Shown here piece after piece: positions 35,383-48,188 of a stretch of DNA of 61,411 nt. Source of the DNA: Spizellomyces punctatus DAOM BR117 (taxonomy: Eukaryota); the NCBI GenBank assembly GCA_000182565.2, contig KQ257460.1; one strand, given 5' to 3'. A program made the position numbers and the translations under genes. The notes under the pieces were generated by a model. It saw only the letters and a list, made by a program, of their open reading frames with translations, did no database searches and was not told where the DNA came from. How positions within the stretch are numbered: the first letter of the stretch is position 1; every line of letters begins with the position of its first letter.

Positions 35383-36609
35383 ATGCATTCCACCATAACA
35401 GCTTTGGCTGGGATTCTCCTCGTAGCTTCATCTGCTGCTGCTCAACAGTGCACTCCCTACACTTCCGGGATCGATGCGACAAAGTATCCCACACCCTGGA
35501 CAACGGCTACCAGCAATGGCGTGCTGAATACACCCGAATTCCAAGCAGTATATAACGGAATAGACTGGACAAAAGTCCCAAACATTCCTCCAAAAAACTG
35601 GACTGCTGATGGGGCAGCTGTTACCACCGGTTATTCAGCGACAGATCCAGACTGCTGGTGGACCGCTACGCAATGCACGACACCGAAACATCCCAATATC
35701 CTGGCTGACATTGTCGCCTGTCCCGAACCAGGAACATGGGGAATAACCTACGATGACGGCCCCAACTGCACAAATACGGCCTTTTACGATTTCCTAAAAC
35801 AAAATAACCAAAAAGCTAGTATGTACTATATTGGATCAAATGTTTTGGACTGGCCCAATGAAGCCAAGCGAGGGTACACGGATGGCCATCACATCAACGG
35901 TCATACTTGGTCCCACAAACCAATGACGAGCTTGACAAACCAAGAGATTGTTGCCGAATTGTACTATACAACAAAGATCATTAAAGAAGTGACCGGCGTT
36001 ACTGTCTTGTACTGGAGACCTGTAAGTCATAAAGGCACCAATGCAAAAAAGGCGTTCACTGCTAATTCCTCATGACTCTAGCCTTTCGGAGACATTGATG
36101 ACCGTGTGCGCGCGATCGCAAGTCAATTGAAGCTCACGGCCACCATCTGGAATCGGGACACAGACGACTGGAACATTGCCATTCCTGCCTCGCAAATCAC
36201 GACAAACTTTCAAAACTTTATCAACGAAGGCAAGAACGGAACATGGTCCAAATCCGGTGTCATTGTTCTCGAACATGAAATTGACTCGCGGACTATGGGA
36301 TTGGCTATGCAGTACTACCCGGAAATCAAGAACGCTTACAAGCACCTTATGCCTGTTGCTAGCTGCATGAACATTACAAAGCCGTACGCTGAAGACATTA
36401 CTTACCCCGATTTTGCAACTCTTGCTGGCCTCGCTCCCACCAACACCTCAACGTCGACCACCACAGTTGCCTCTTCCACCGCACCTTCCCCTACCGATCC
36501 AAGGGGAACCGCTGCAGCGGGCCAGCACTCTGCCGCCAGTGATGTCGCCGCCAACTGGGTTATGGGATTGATTAGCATGTCGGCTGGATTGGTTGCTTTG
36601 GTGTTTTAG
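35383..36609 (+). CDS. CDA: Secreted, probably GPI-anchored chitin deacetylase (CE4), 2 exons
   Basis: Signal peptide, ITYDDGP, HTWSH, YWRP|PFGD and IVLEHE motifs, a Ser/Thr-rich linker and a hydrophobic C-terminus. Confidence 0.93.
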
Positions 36610-36892
36610 ACAGCTGCCGGCTCGGCAGATCATTCGGTGTTTTCAGGTATAGACGCTGCACATTACGTATAGTGAATAATCGTTAATCTTATTATGCATA
36701 GTTGTACCGTAGTCTGTTTGTAGTCACTATTTGTATAAAAAGACTGATATTACCTCATCCTGATGTGTAACGATAAAGTCCTGCATCGAGGACGGGTTCC
36801 ACCACTCTAAACGCATTGGATATTATTCATGTACAACCAAAACCTATGCTACAAGATTTGTATAAACCAGCAATGTTACAGATTAACCATAT

Positions 36893-39800
36893 CTACTCTC
36901 CACACAGCTCATTAAACCTCCGTATAATCTCAACTGCAACCGCCCCGTCCAGTACAGTCGTCTCCACGTTCTGTTTCGGCTTTTCCGATGCCTCTACCTG
37001 ATGTGTCTCAGCAACCTCCTCAACAGGTAATGGCGGCATGCGGAACGCCAGTGCCCCCTTCACATGCGCCGGGTGTGCCGTAGCACTTGCGATTCGACCA
37101 TTTATGCCGGCCATGGTTCGCGAGCGGGGCATCCCAGTTGCTCTCGTGTCCAGAACCTCGCCACCTCTGCTGTTAACAGGTGTAGAATGGGACCTGGATC
37201 TACTCAACTCGGGTTCACTGACGCTCAGTGTCGATTGCATCGGCGTGCCGAGGGGATCCTGGCTAGTTTCATAGGTACCTTCTTCGGCTATAGACTGAAT
37301 GGGCTTCAATTGATCCCAGGAGCGACGGCCTTCAGGATACGTATCGATGGATTCGTCGCTGATGCTAATCACGGGAGCTGAAGGAACGGGTGGGAGGGGT
37401 TTGGTCATATTTGCGCGAAGAGGGAGATTACCCTCCTTGACAGTGATGTTTTTGCTTGAAATTGGCACAGGTTGTTCACCAGCCAAAACTCGTGACACTC
37501 GGACAGTTCGCTTCGTGGGTGGTTTCGAATCAATTGGCAGCACTTGATTGCGAGCGCTTTGCTGAGCATCAGACGTTGGCGAGGAACTGGACAAGACGCG
37601 GACCATGTTGGGTGAGGTTGGCGCTACAAGTTCACCAGTCGCGGATGCCGCGGGGGAAGATGCGGTCCGAGGAATTCCAGTACCATCCCATTGCATGGTG
37701 CGCATTTGCACGGGGGTTTTCCCAGTTGGAGACTCTGTAGGACTGGCATGGGGACGTGGGGACCTTCGTCCAGAACGTCCCCATGCGCCGCGTATGGCAT
37801 CTTTTATGTTGTGCAGGCTTTCCACAGGACTGTATCGCGAATGTTGCTCGGTTCCAGGACGAGTGGTTGGTAATGAATGCGAGTACTCAGCGACTCTGCA
37901 CTTTCCAGCACCTGCAGAATCAACAAGTGTAAGGAAAAGGATCAGAAAAAAATAGCTGCTAGCGCGAAATAAGACTCTCAGCGTCCATACCTTTGACGGG
38001 GGGAAGCTGATTATCTGGGAGCCCATCCTCTGTCACCTTACCATCATGCCATCTCCAAACGCCCGATTCTGGAAAGGTACCGCTAATGGACGCGTCAGAG
38101 AGGATTTGCGACTCGTCTACAGCTTGTTGGGTCCGATCGTCATGCCCAATCTTTTTGAAATCCCAGTATTTCGTGCTGTACTTTTCCAAATCTTTACGCT
38201 CAATCTTGCCGGCTGCGATCAAGATCTCCGCCACGCTTGCCGATAATTTCAAGTGGCGCTTCTGACACCAAAGCGTAGCCATCGCTTCGGGCTGAATATC
38301 GCATCGCATGTCGTTAAGAGGAAGATGTCGGTGGAATGATCGAACACCTTCTTTGACACCATTTTCTGCGCGCATACGTGCTCCCAAGTCGCTAGCACGT
38401 TGCCGAGTTGGAGGTAACTTGGTAAAGTTGAGAGCTTCAACGAGTTTCCTTACTGTCAGTCGCTTGAAAGGAATAGGTGACGGGCCGACGCCTTGATTCG
38501 CCACCATAGCTCCCCAAAACGGTTGATCGCCGAAAAAGGGTACAATAATGGTAGGTTTACCAGCTCGAAGTCCTGCAGCCGTCGTTCCTGCTCCGCCGTG
38601 ATGGCATACGGCAGCACAGTGCTCGAAGAGCCAATCGTGTGGGACGTTGTCAATCAAAAGAACAGACTCTGGCACAGCACCTCCCCCTATACCTCCCCAG
38701 CCCTTCGAAACCACAGCCCTGACGCCAGCCTTTTCCACAGCCGAAAAAATGAGGGAAGTCAACTTGTCAGGATAATCGACCACAATGCTGCCAAATCCAA
38801 TGTAAACTGGTGGGGGTCCAGCCGCTAGGAAGGCAGCAAGATCGGTTGGTGGTGTATAGTTCGTGGCCAAATCAAGGAAAAAGAATCCCGCGATGTCTGA
38901 AATAATTGGACAAATTAGATATTGTATCGCAGACCCTCCTATATTGCGCATATAGTTACCGATATGCGATCCCCAATCTGGCGGCTTTGGAATCAAGCTC
39001 GGTGTCCAACAATACGTAAATGGAACCTTCAAGCCACTGATCAGATTTGGTGCGACGGACGTTGAAAGTGCAGGGAGCTTCAGAGTTTTGATCCTGAAAT
39101 CATTAATAAGATCCCCTAACCCTTGCCAAGTGAGCAACTCTGTCAAATAGTATGAAAACATATTAACAGTTGGTCTTGGTGCCTTTCCGTAGGTTACGTT
39201 TGTAAGAGGGTGAGGAAACGCCTTGGTTGGGCTCCATGGCATGGTAAAGAACATGTGAAGTGGGATTTCGAGCCTTTCCGCGCAGTGGATGTGCCCGAAT
39301 GTAACAGGGTTGGATATGATAGCGTCAGGAATGAAGGGAGTGTCGGTTTCGACATCGGGAGCATTGCATGCCTCCCAAGTTGATGCTAGGATTTCCGTGA
39401 TCATTCGACGCTTCTTTCCAACGTCACCAGCCATGATACTGGCTATTCCCGGAAGTAGACCCGGATCTGAGAACAACCCAAAATGTGAATAATGGAATAT
39501 GGTATACAACACGTCCAGTATACTTACTTCTCACCATATATGCCATCAACTCCGCCGGATCTCCGGCTAGCGGAAAGAATTCTAAACCCGCGTTGCGCAC
39601 AAACTGCTTGAAGGTGTCATGTGTGGCCAGCCGAACTCGATGGCCGAAAGCTTTGAGCTCTTTTCCAAGAGCAACAAAAGGCTGCACGTCACCGCGACTG
39701 CCAACAATCAAAATTAATATGTTCATGTAGGGAACAACTACGTCTTCTTCAGTTTTCGCTCCGTTTGACGTGCCTTCGGCAGGATGTGGTATAGATGAAG

Positions 39801-40865
39801 ATCGTGAGTGGGGATCTTCGTCGTCATCGGAATCGTCGGTATTGTCAGCAGATTTCGGACTTATGTCGATATCTAGTCGTCCATCATATCGTATCTTTGC
39901 TGAATACGGCCGCTTTAATTTCTCTTCGCCAATATCGATAACTTTTGGGGGGCCAGAATCGCGCCGTTTCTGCTTCCGTTGCTGTCGATACCACCGAACG
40001 TATTTGAGCGGGCTGTCAAAATTCTATGATCAGAGGTAATTAGCGGTAGTCCCCTGGTCGGTCACATCCTCGTTCCCACCTGGTATACTGGGACATATAT
40101 CTTTTGGCCTCCCTGACGAATTGGGACAGGAAGTCTCCACGCCGGGTCATCTGTAACCAGAAAGTCGACCAACTCGTTGATGAACTTCGTTAGCCGGACC
40201 CCATATGGTTCCCAGTATGGATACGTTGCCGGTCTACTACTGTGCTCTCGCCTCCATTGTACGAAAAAGGCTCTCACATCGTACATATTGCGCGTGGTAC
40301 GGCCCATTTCCACAATGTCGTGTTTCGAATGGGTTATTTTCCACCTATTCAACAGTTCCTCAGTGGACTGGCCAGGTTCGCGTTCAATCGTCAAATCTTC
40401 GTCTGGGCCCTTATGTCGAGACAAGGACGGTCAATCACGATCTGGAATTGTGGTATTCCCACGGTTTTGACATACAACTTCAACTTCATCCGGTTCATAA
40501 TCATATCGCGTCAGCTCTTCTTCCCAAGCGACCAAAACATAGGGCCGTCGGGTTTTCTTATAAACATATGGGAGCCATCCTTGACTTTCCACTGGACACA
40601 GCCCGATGAAGACTTGGCGCATTTTGATCTCTGCAGATCGTCGCAGCGGGCTTTCAAATACTTTTGGCGGAACCTCCAGCAGTTCGACACGTTCAATCGA
40701 CTCGGGGACGCCCCGAGGAGATGAACCGTTGTCTTCTTCCAGCTCCATCGCGCGAACGACACGCTGGCCAAAACACTTCGGGCCTCTAGATGCCCCGTCG
40801 TCCTGAACGGAATCACGTGAAAATAAGCCTGATTTGACCTGATTTGACATCGGAGGAACCCACAT
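36893..40865 (-). CDS. Sterol 3-beta-glucosyltransferase-like protein (GT1 / Glyco_transf_28) with long N- and C-terminal extensions, multi-exon; start uncertain
   Basis: DGRLDIDI, IVGSRGDVQPF, HRVRLATH, FFTMPWSPT, PPVYIGFGS, HHGGAGTTAAGL and PFFGDQPFWG. Manual splicing links the ORFs at 40431-40865, 40062-40424, 39424-39726, 37959-39512 and 36893-38026 in frame. Confidence 0.88.
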
Positions 40866-41318
40866 CGTCGGGACATATCACACTTGTTTACACGACCACA
40901 TGTAGGCCCATATTCCCGACCCGTCTCTCGTTTACCGTCTGTGTCGTCCCCGCCTGCCGTCGGCCGCGGTCGCAACGACTGACGCTCAAGTCTTCCAAGT
41001 CCGCTTACCCAAATGCGCGGATCTGCGAATCATCTGTTGGCACGTGCCAGGACCCGAAGTTTACCCGACGGTTTGGATTCATTACCGAAAAAGGGATATG
41101 TGTGACGCTCATGCCCACGAGCCATGGAGCCTTGAGGTGAGCTTAAAAAAAGGATTGCGCTTGCTCTTTGCTCATTTTGTTTCTCCATTTGGTCCAAGCA
41201 TTCCATCTCCCACCAACAAACTAGTACGTAAATAACATACTGTGTTTGCTGTCCTGCTGTGCGATGGACATGGCTGACTTTGACTTTTTCCAGACGTTAA
41301 GACCTCTTCACTATTGAC

Positions 41319-43134
41319 ATGTCCAAGTCCAAGAACCCCGACAGGCCATATCACATTATAGGTATGCATGTCTCATGCAGAAGGCTTCACTGTGGACATG
41401 ACTTCTGACCACATCTGCCATTTATTCTGGCCCTTTATGATCGGATTAGTGTGGTATGTAGTATGGTCCATCGTATCTATTTCTTGGGATGCCTTAGAAT
41501 TTAACGCTCTGTTGTATTATAGGGGCGCTACTGGTTTCACAGGATCGCTTGTCGCAGAGTATCTCGCTCAGCATGCACCAAAGGTACGTGTACGTCAGTA
41601 GAGTAACCTAGGTGACAGGATCTTTTAACGCATCCACTACGGTCTTCAGAACGTCAAATTTGCGATTGCCGGTCGTAGCCAAAAAAAGCTAGAAGATGTC
41701 AGGAACAAAGTTGCCAAACTAGCACCAGAGAGGAAGGTACAGTGATTGAAGCACCATGTTTCGATGGATGTAAGAGTTCTGCCGCTAAGTCCTATTTCTT
41801 GACAGAACATTCCTCTTATTATCGCCGACTCTGGCGACGAAGCATCTCTTGACAAATTGGTTTCTCAAACTCGCGTCATTATTTCCACTGTCGGACCGTT
41901 CCTCAAGTACGGAATTCCACTAGGTATGTTCTTTGGCATTGTGTATATACGGATGTAAGTCTCATAGGTCTTTCTAGTCGGTGCCTGTGTGCGCAACCAA
42001 ACCGACTATGTCGACATTACCGGAGAACCGCCATTCATCCGCGAAATCATTGATAAATACCACGATGAAGCTGTCAAGAATGGCACCTTTATCGTGCCCA
42101 GCTGTGGTTTCGACTCCCTACCTTCGGATTTGGGAACGCTCCTGTGAGTCAGGAATTTGGCAGCAGTCAGAGATGAAATCTGACCAACTCTACACTTTGT
42201 AGCGTTGCCGACCACTTTGCCAAACAAGGGAAGAAGACCGCCAGCGTGCGGATGAGTGTTGATGCTTTGAAGGGCGGTCCATCTGGGGGAACGGTTGCTT
42301 CTCTCATGGGGGTTCTGACCGAAACCTCGTATAAGGAACAATGGAAAATGTTGGATCCTTATTACTTGAACCCCAGAGATGGTGAGTTGAACATGTGCAC
42401 ATCCCCTCCGATTGATGGTCGTTGAATTAAGTCTATTACCGTTACAGCACCCAAAGGACCTGACAGTTCCATCCCATCCTTTTTCGGTTACGACCGTGAT
42501 CTCAAAAAGTGGCAGACTTATTTCGTCATGGAAGCCATCAACACCCGTAACGTTCGTCGCTCTAATGCTCTTCTGGGTCTTGCCTACGGACCTGATCTCA
42601 GGTACACCGAGACACATGGGCAACCCGGTTTCTTGTCAGCATCGGCAATCAGCGTTGGGTCTGCCGTTGCCGGAACAATGATGGTCGTTCCTCCTTTCCA
42701 ATGGGCTGCCAAGTGGGCTGCCAACAAGTTTATTCCAGCGGGAACTGGTCCGACTCGCAAGGAAATTGAGGAAGGGTTCTTCCGAGTTAAGCTTGTTGGA
42801 GAGGCTGTCAAAGAGGTGTGTGGATGACGAACGGGTGGAGTTTGCACGTCTGCTTGCTCATTTTTGAAATTATTAGGCCAATGAAGAGAAGCCTCTAAAG
42901 GCCATTGCCACGGTTACTGGAGTCCAAGACCCTGGATATGGCGAAACCTCTAAAATGCTCTCCGAATCAGCCCTCTGCTTGGCTCTCGACCGTGACCGTC
43001 TTAGCACAAAAGAAGCAGGGTCCTTTGCTGGCAAGGTCAACGGCGGTGTGGTGACAGCTGCTAGCTCCATGGGAATGGTGCTTGTTGAGAGGTTGAGGAA
43101 GGCGGGAATGGGCTTTGAAGTCCAGAATGTTTAG
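41319..43134 (+). CDS. Saccharopine dehydrogenase-like oxidoreductase (SCCPDH-type), many short exons
   Basis: GATGFTG Rossmann motif, AIAGRS, STVGPFLKYG, YVDITGE, SCGFDSLPSDLG, SGGT, DPGYGETSKML and GGVVTAASSMG. Confidence 0.9.
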
Positions 43135-43425
43135 TTTGTAACTTACACATTATTGTCATGTCATGCATATTCTATGATTAATATATTACAGGTTTTTTCA
43201 TATATCGTGCTGATAGTGCTATGAACCGCATCTAACATATCCTTGGTCACTGCTTTATTCACCTTCGCTTATACCACAACGACGACGCTCGGAGCTCTTC
43301 CCTTTTATGCATGCCAGACTGACATTTCGCACTCCGCCCCCCTATAACTTGACTAAGTTGGCCTAGTGGTTGTCGAGATTACTAGGGCTGGGATTCGAGG
43401 CGCAGTTCATTGATCCTATACTGAG

Positions 43426-43580
43426 GGATAGACGCAGCGGAAGCCATTTGTCTACTGCACGGCATCCCACCATTCTCTCAGTATGGAAGGAATGGGTGCC
43501 AGTAATGCATTCATTGCTTCAAGACTGAGAGAATGGTGGGATGCCGTGTACTACACAAATGGCTTCCGCTGCGTCTATCC
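43426..43580. repeat. Long inverted repeat: 57-nt arms (43426-43482 and 43524-43580), 54/57 complementary, 41-nt partly self-pairing spacer; candidate hairpin RNA or MITE
   Basis: The left arm ggatagacgcagcggaagccatttgtctactgcacggcatcccaccattctctcagt differs from the reverse complement of the right arm at 3 positions. Confidence 0.93.
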
Positions 43581-44033
43581 GCTACTCGCTATTGTGTAAG
43601 TGCGTGAAGCTTAACAGAATATAAATTTGCAGATTTGCTATTAGATTGCTGCCCGTTGTTTTTTGTTCAGATCTCGTTCGTCCGTTCTTTCAGGACAAAA
43701 GAGCACAATAGTGGAGTAAACACACTATTACGCTGTTTGTACTGTGTGGAAGGTAAACAACACCGTGCAAAAGGTGAAAGCACCTATCAAAATGCCTATT
43801 ATAGGGGTTATTTAAAGGTTCGCAATAAATATCCTGACATTTTGTCCTGCACCCTTTTCAGTAAACGGCGGGCTCTCCTGCCACCCACGGAGAGGCTTGA
43901 TCCTTAGCCACGTGGATCTGATGACTAAGCATTTCAGGTTAACTCAGGTCAACATGGTGGTCTGTGGCTTTCTTTTAGTCTAGAGTTTCGCCGTCTGAAC
44001 ACACACTTGCCATCTATTTATATTATACATTTA

Positions 44034-47000
44034 ATGGATTCGCATCGCGTGGAGCTGGGTGACTCCAATGAATCCGTCTCTGTCATTGACGATGCCGATG
44101 TTTTAGATGACCAAGGATCTGGAAGAAGACATGGCAAGCACGGCGGCCCAGAGGGAACGAGTCGAGATGGTCATCAAAATGAACATGAGATGCACAGTAG
44201 AGCGAAAGTTGGCTGGGATGACAAAGGGCACGAGCGATATACCCATGAGGAGAATAGTCGTGATATAGACTTTGACGACAAAGCAATGGGCGAACACGAG
44301 GATGGCATAGACGAGGACGAGGATGAGGACAAGATAAAAGATACAGTTCCGAAAGAGTTTAAATCTGCAGATGCAAATCAGGAAGAAGAGACCGGCATTG
44401 AAGATACATCAGACCTTGACGTCCCGGCACCGAAACTGCTTCGGATAGTAGATTCTAGAGAACTTCTTTTCTTGGAACGACATCGTGCACTGGAGTTGGA
44501 AGAAGCTGAGGACGAGGACGATGAGTGGCAAGTCGAAGAGGACGTAGAGGTCGAGGATATGGGGGAAGGGCTTGAAGAAAGCGAACCATCCAGTGACAGT
44601 CAAGATGTTGAGGATGATGAATTAGAACAAACTTCCAGTGAACAGGACGATGAGAATGATCATGACAGGTTCAGAGTACACCATTTACATGAAGATGCGA
44701 CTACTGAGACTGATGGTGAACATTTCACCTCAGAGAGTGAGATGGACGGGAACAAAGCAGACGATGAGGACCAAATGCTCTCGAGTGCGTTTCAAAGCGA
44801 TAGTAGCTCGTTGAATCAAGGGAATCCACGTGCACATTCTAGCGAAAGTATGGATCGGCTAGCGAGCTCTATGAGCGACCTCTCTGAAAATAGTGAAAGT
44901 GTTAGCTTGAAAGACCTGAGTGAGGCTGACATAAAATGCGCTGATGTGGCACCAGAAGGTCAAGAGTCTTGCACAGATGATGGCGATGTCGATGACGAGG
45001 ATCGTAGTTCATCTATTACAAACGATGAGAATCATGAATTTGACGAATCCTCATTAGCCGACGAAGAGGATCATCCCGTTGGAAATGACCTGGAAGCACA
45101 TTCTGCTTCCCGTTTGAATTCAGATGATAAGAGTGGCGATATGGGCAATTATATAGACGGACAAGAAACTTGTGAAGATATCATTGACACTGGAGTCGGA
45201 CCAGATTACCCGCAAGATCTTGGACAGGATAACGTGGGGGAGCCGCTGCATTCGATCTCTGACCAAGAAAAAGCGGTGGAGTCCTCAATCATAACCACTT
45301 CGATGACTATCCCGTTGACTTCTGAGCTCCAGATGCCAGCTCATCATGAAGAAACACAACAGAGTAGCGATAAACATCTAGAAGACAATTCCTGTGAAAA
45401 CTGCCAAGATATAGACGATATGAACAACATTGTAAATATCGCAGATTCGCAGATGGAGAAAGGAGCGAACCAAGAAAAGCTTGAAGGTGGCCGCAGTGAC
45501 GCCCTGGACATCAATGAGAGCGAGAACGAGCCTAGCTCTACGTCAGAAGATGCGAGCCAAAACGACGCACATGGCATGGACACCTTTGCCATCCGTCATA
45601 CCAATCAGGAACTCAATAGTTCAGAGATAGTTCCAGACTCCCACGAGCCAGTAATGACCCGCATTATAGCAATGACCGACGACAGCGGGCTGACGGAGGG
45701 TGATGCAGAACTGCAGACGGGCGAAGATGCAGAAGAGCTGGTAATCCATGAAAATCGACCAGCCCGTATTGCAGTGACTGGATCTAGGCCACATGAGGTC
45801 GAAGCAAAGGCAGGAGAGTCCGCCTCTCCGCTGAGCAGTCATTCGGAGAGAGGGGAGCCAACCCAGGTCAACCATGGACTTGTAATAGTGGCACCTACTG
45901 TGATAGGAGGTCCCAAGGATAGGCTAGACACAAATGACGATGTCGAAGGCTTGCTGGCGTCATCAAAGACCTGTAGCACAGGACATGGTATCCCGTCAGT
46001 GGAGCAGGTCTCGAACAGACAGGTTGGCGACGGATTGGATTTAGTTCCGCAAAGTAACAGCGGTCCGGCACCGCTTTTGGTTGAGAACGACGCTTCGCAA
46101 AATGATCAAGTAGTAGAAAAGCAAGATAAGCAACCAACACTATGCAGAAATCAAAATTCCAGCGACGAAGACTCCATTGAACAGATGGATCCAAGAACAG
46201 CACACAGTAATAAGCGACATGAAGACATCAATGCAGTTGCTCAGCAGTCCCTGCACCAGGATGATGACGTCGACGGTGATAGAGCCACTGAAGGGGCAGC
46301 GGGCTATGTGGAAGTTCACATCACACGATCTGTCGCAGGAGAGAATGCAGACCTGGAGGGAAGCAAGAATCTTACTGCCGACGCGTATATTACTCAAGCA
46401 CCCAAGAAATCAGAGCCTCCCGCCCTTGAGATTGATGTGTTGGACATGGCCTTGATTCAAGCTCAACTGCGAGAATCAACTGTGACTGCGGATTCAATGA
46501 CTACAACGTCCGCTTCCAGCACCAACTCGACAATCGCCCAGCTTACATATCAGATTCAAACTGCAGTTCAGACATATTCGGTCACAGAAACGCATCTCCA
46601 TGCCATCCAAGCTGAACACCACTCTCTCCTCTCTACTTTTACCAGTCTGCAGGCAGACGTGATAAATGCCCTTGGTCACGCTACTACATTGCTTTCCCGA
46701 ATCCAACAACAGCGACTTGCTAATGCTGAAGCGAGAGATGCATTAGAGAGCATTCGCCGTCAGATTGTAGATGAAAAACATTCCAGGGACAAAATGGGAT
46801 CTGCGCTCATGGAGGTTCGACAAGCCTTAGCCAAACGAAAACCATTGACAGAAACTGCGGTTAATAAATCGGCTGGTACCGGTGGTTCGTCATCGGGCGA
46901 CGTCACCATCAAAAGACCTCTAGAGGATAAGCTCCGCGCCGCCGAAGCCACCATGCAAGAGCAAGTCCGTTGGAGGCGTGAAAAGGCGGATAGAATAGCT

Positions 47001-47213
47001 CACTTGTCTACTCTGACACGCGCTGCATGGGAGGCGTCAGACAGAGACGCCAGCGAAGGAGACATGAGCGAAGAAATCAGACACATTCGGACTGAAATTG
47101 AACAGCGTCTGCTAGAGAGAACTTCTTGGGTAGAATCATTCGCACGTCAGTGGAAGGACTTTGAGGCGCGACGGGTTTCCGTGGCAGAACGATGGAAAGA
47201 GCATGAGGGCTAG
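44034..47213 (+). CDS. Large intronless acidic (D/E/S-rich) disordered protein with C-terminal coiled coil (about 1059 aa)
   Basis: 3.2-kb open frame, first ATG at 44034, with heptad-like helical character in the last 230 or so residues. Confidence 0.85.
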   Translation: MDSHRVELGDSNESVSVIDDADVLDDQGSGRRHGKHGGPEGTSRDGHQNEHEMHSRAKVGWDDKGHERYTHEENSRDIDFDDKAMGEHEDGIDEDEDEDKIKDTVPKEFKSADANQEEETGIEDTSDLDVPAPKLLRIVDSRELLFLERHRALELEEAEDEDDEWQVEEDVEVEDMGEGLEESEPSSDSQDVEDDELEQTSSEQDDENDHDRFRVHHLHEDATTETDGEHFTSESEMDGNKADDEDQMLSSAFQSDSSSLNQGNPRAHSSESMDRLASSMSDLSENSESVSLKDLSEADIKCADVAPEGQESCTDDGDVDDEDRSSSITNDENHEFDESSLADEEDHPVGNDLEAHSASRLNSDDKSGDMGNYIDGQETCEDIIDTGVGPDYPQDLGQDNVGEPLHSISDQEKAVESSIITTSMTIPLTSELQMPAHHEETQQSSDKHLEDNSCENCQDIDDMNNIVNIADSQMEKGANQEKLEGGRSDALDINESENEPSSTSEDASQNDAHGMDTFAIRHTNQELNSSEIVPDSHEPVMTRIIAMTDDSGLTEGDAELQTGEDAEELVIHENRPARIAVTGSRPHEVEAKAGESASPLSSHSERGEPTQVNHGLVIVAPTVIGGPKDRLDTNDDVEGLLASSKTCSTGHGIPSVEQVSNRQVGDGLDLVPQSNSGPAPLLVENDASQNDQVVEKQDKQPTLCRNQNSSDEDSIEQMDPRTAHSNKRHEDINAVAQQSLHQDDDVDGDRATEGAAGYVEVHITRSVAGENADLEGSKNLTADAYITQAPKKSEPPALEIDVLDMALIQAQLRESTVTADSMTTTSASSTNSTIAQLTYQIQTAVQTYSVTETHLHAIQAEHHSLLSTFTSLQADVINALGHATTLLSRIQQQRLANAEARDALESIRRQIVDEKHSRDKMGSALMEVRQALAKRKPLTETAVNKSAGTGGSSSGDVTIKRPLEDKLRAAEATMQEQVRWRREKADRIAHLSTLTRAAWEASDRDASEGDMSEEIRHIRTEIEQRLLERTSWVESFARQWKDFEARRVSVAERWKEHEG

Positions 47214-48188
47214 ATGGTACCATGCCGTGGTCCGACGTCTCCCTTTGGTCTTCCGACATTTACCCAGTGAATGGAAATGAGTCCTGATTATTGTAGATAA
47301 CGTGCAGATCCGTAGATATCCCTAAATCTAGTTTTTTTTTAGATTCTGGCCCCCATGGTGGCAAATCTACTGGTGCAGTTATGTAGGACTAACGCCTGTA
47401 CTCGCACTCAGCCATAAAATACCTGCTAAATGCAGTTTAGAACAATAAGAAACCTGACTCTCAGCAAACAGCCCGTATTAAACTAAACAGTTGTGGCTAT
47501 GATGTGGGTGCCGCAGACGGCCTACATGATTATTTTTGTGAGATATCCGGTAATCTGGTACCAGGCTAAGCATACACTATATTGTGCGCAAGCCACCTTG
47601 GCAAATGTAAGCTGTACCTGTCCGTACCCCGTTCCAATGGACTCTAGAAAACAGGGGCCATGTGGCTTGATAGTGGAATGAATTGGTCCACAACACTGAA
47701 TCCGCCTTTCCGGACCCTCGGAGCTAATGTAAAGTCATTGGTTCCGATCGGTAATTAAAATGGCGCCTGTTTTACTTTGGGTTTTTAGCGAGTTTGGAAC
47801 CTGTGTCCTTCCAGTAGGAGGCGTTCAACTCTCGTGAGTTGGTCTGTGTGCTTGTTACAAATTGCGTGTCCACCAAAGGGCCTAAATTTGAAATCTTGTC
47901 AAAGGGAGATGGGTTTTGGCCTCAAAGCAAATGGTAAAAAAAAGGTGTGACTTTGTTATCTCCAAGTTTGTCAACTGGAATTCTTTTCTTTTGTTTGGGT
48001 TCTTTTTTAAGCACACCCTCAAAATCTTGTCAATCATTCATATGTCTGTTGTTGTTTTGGAATACATAAGCCCATAACATTTGAAAGAAGGTTGAGTAAA
48101 AATATGAATGCCGCTAGTCACTAGTTCCATCCCAAAGCCCGCCCAAAGCCCGTATTGAAGAGAGAAAACCCTACCTTAGTTTGTTCCG

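Noticed and set aside
43910-43960. CTGATGA as a hammerhead ribozyme core
   Set aside because: There is no appropriately placed GAAA and no flanking stems.
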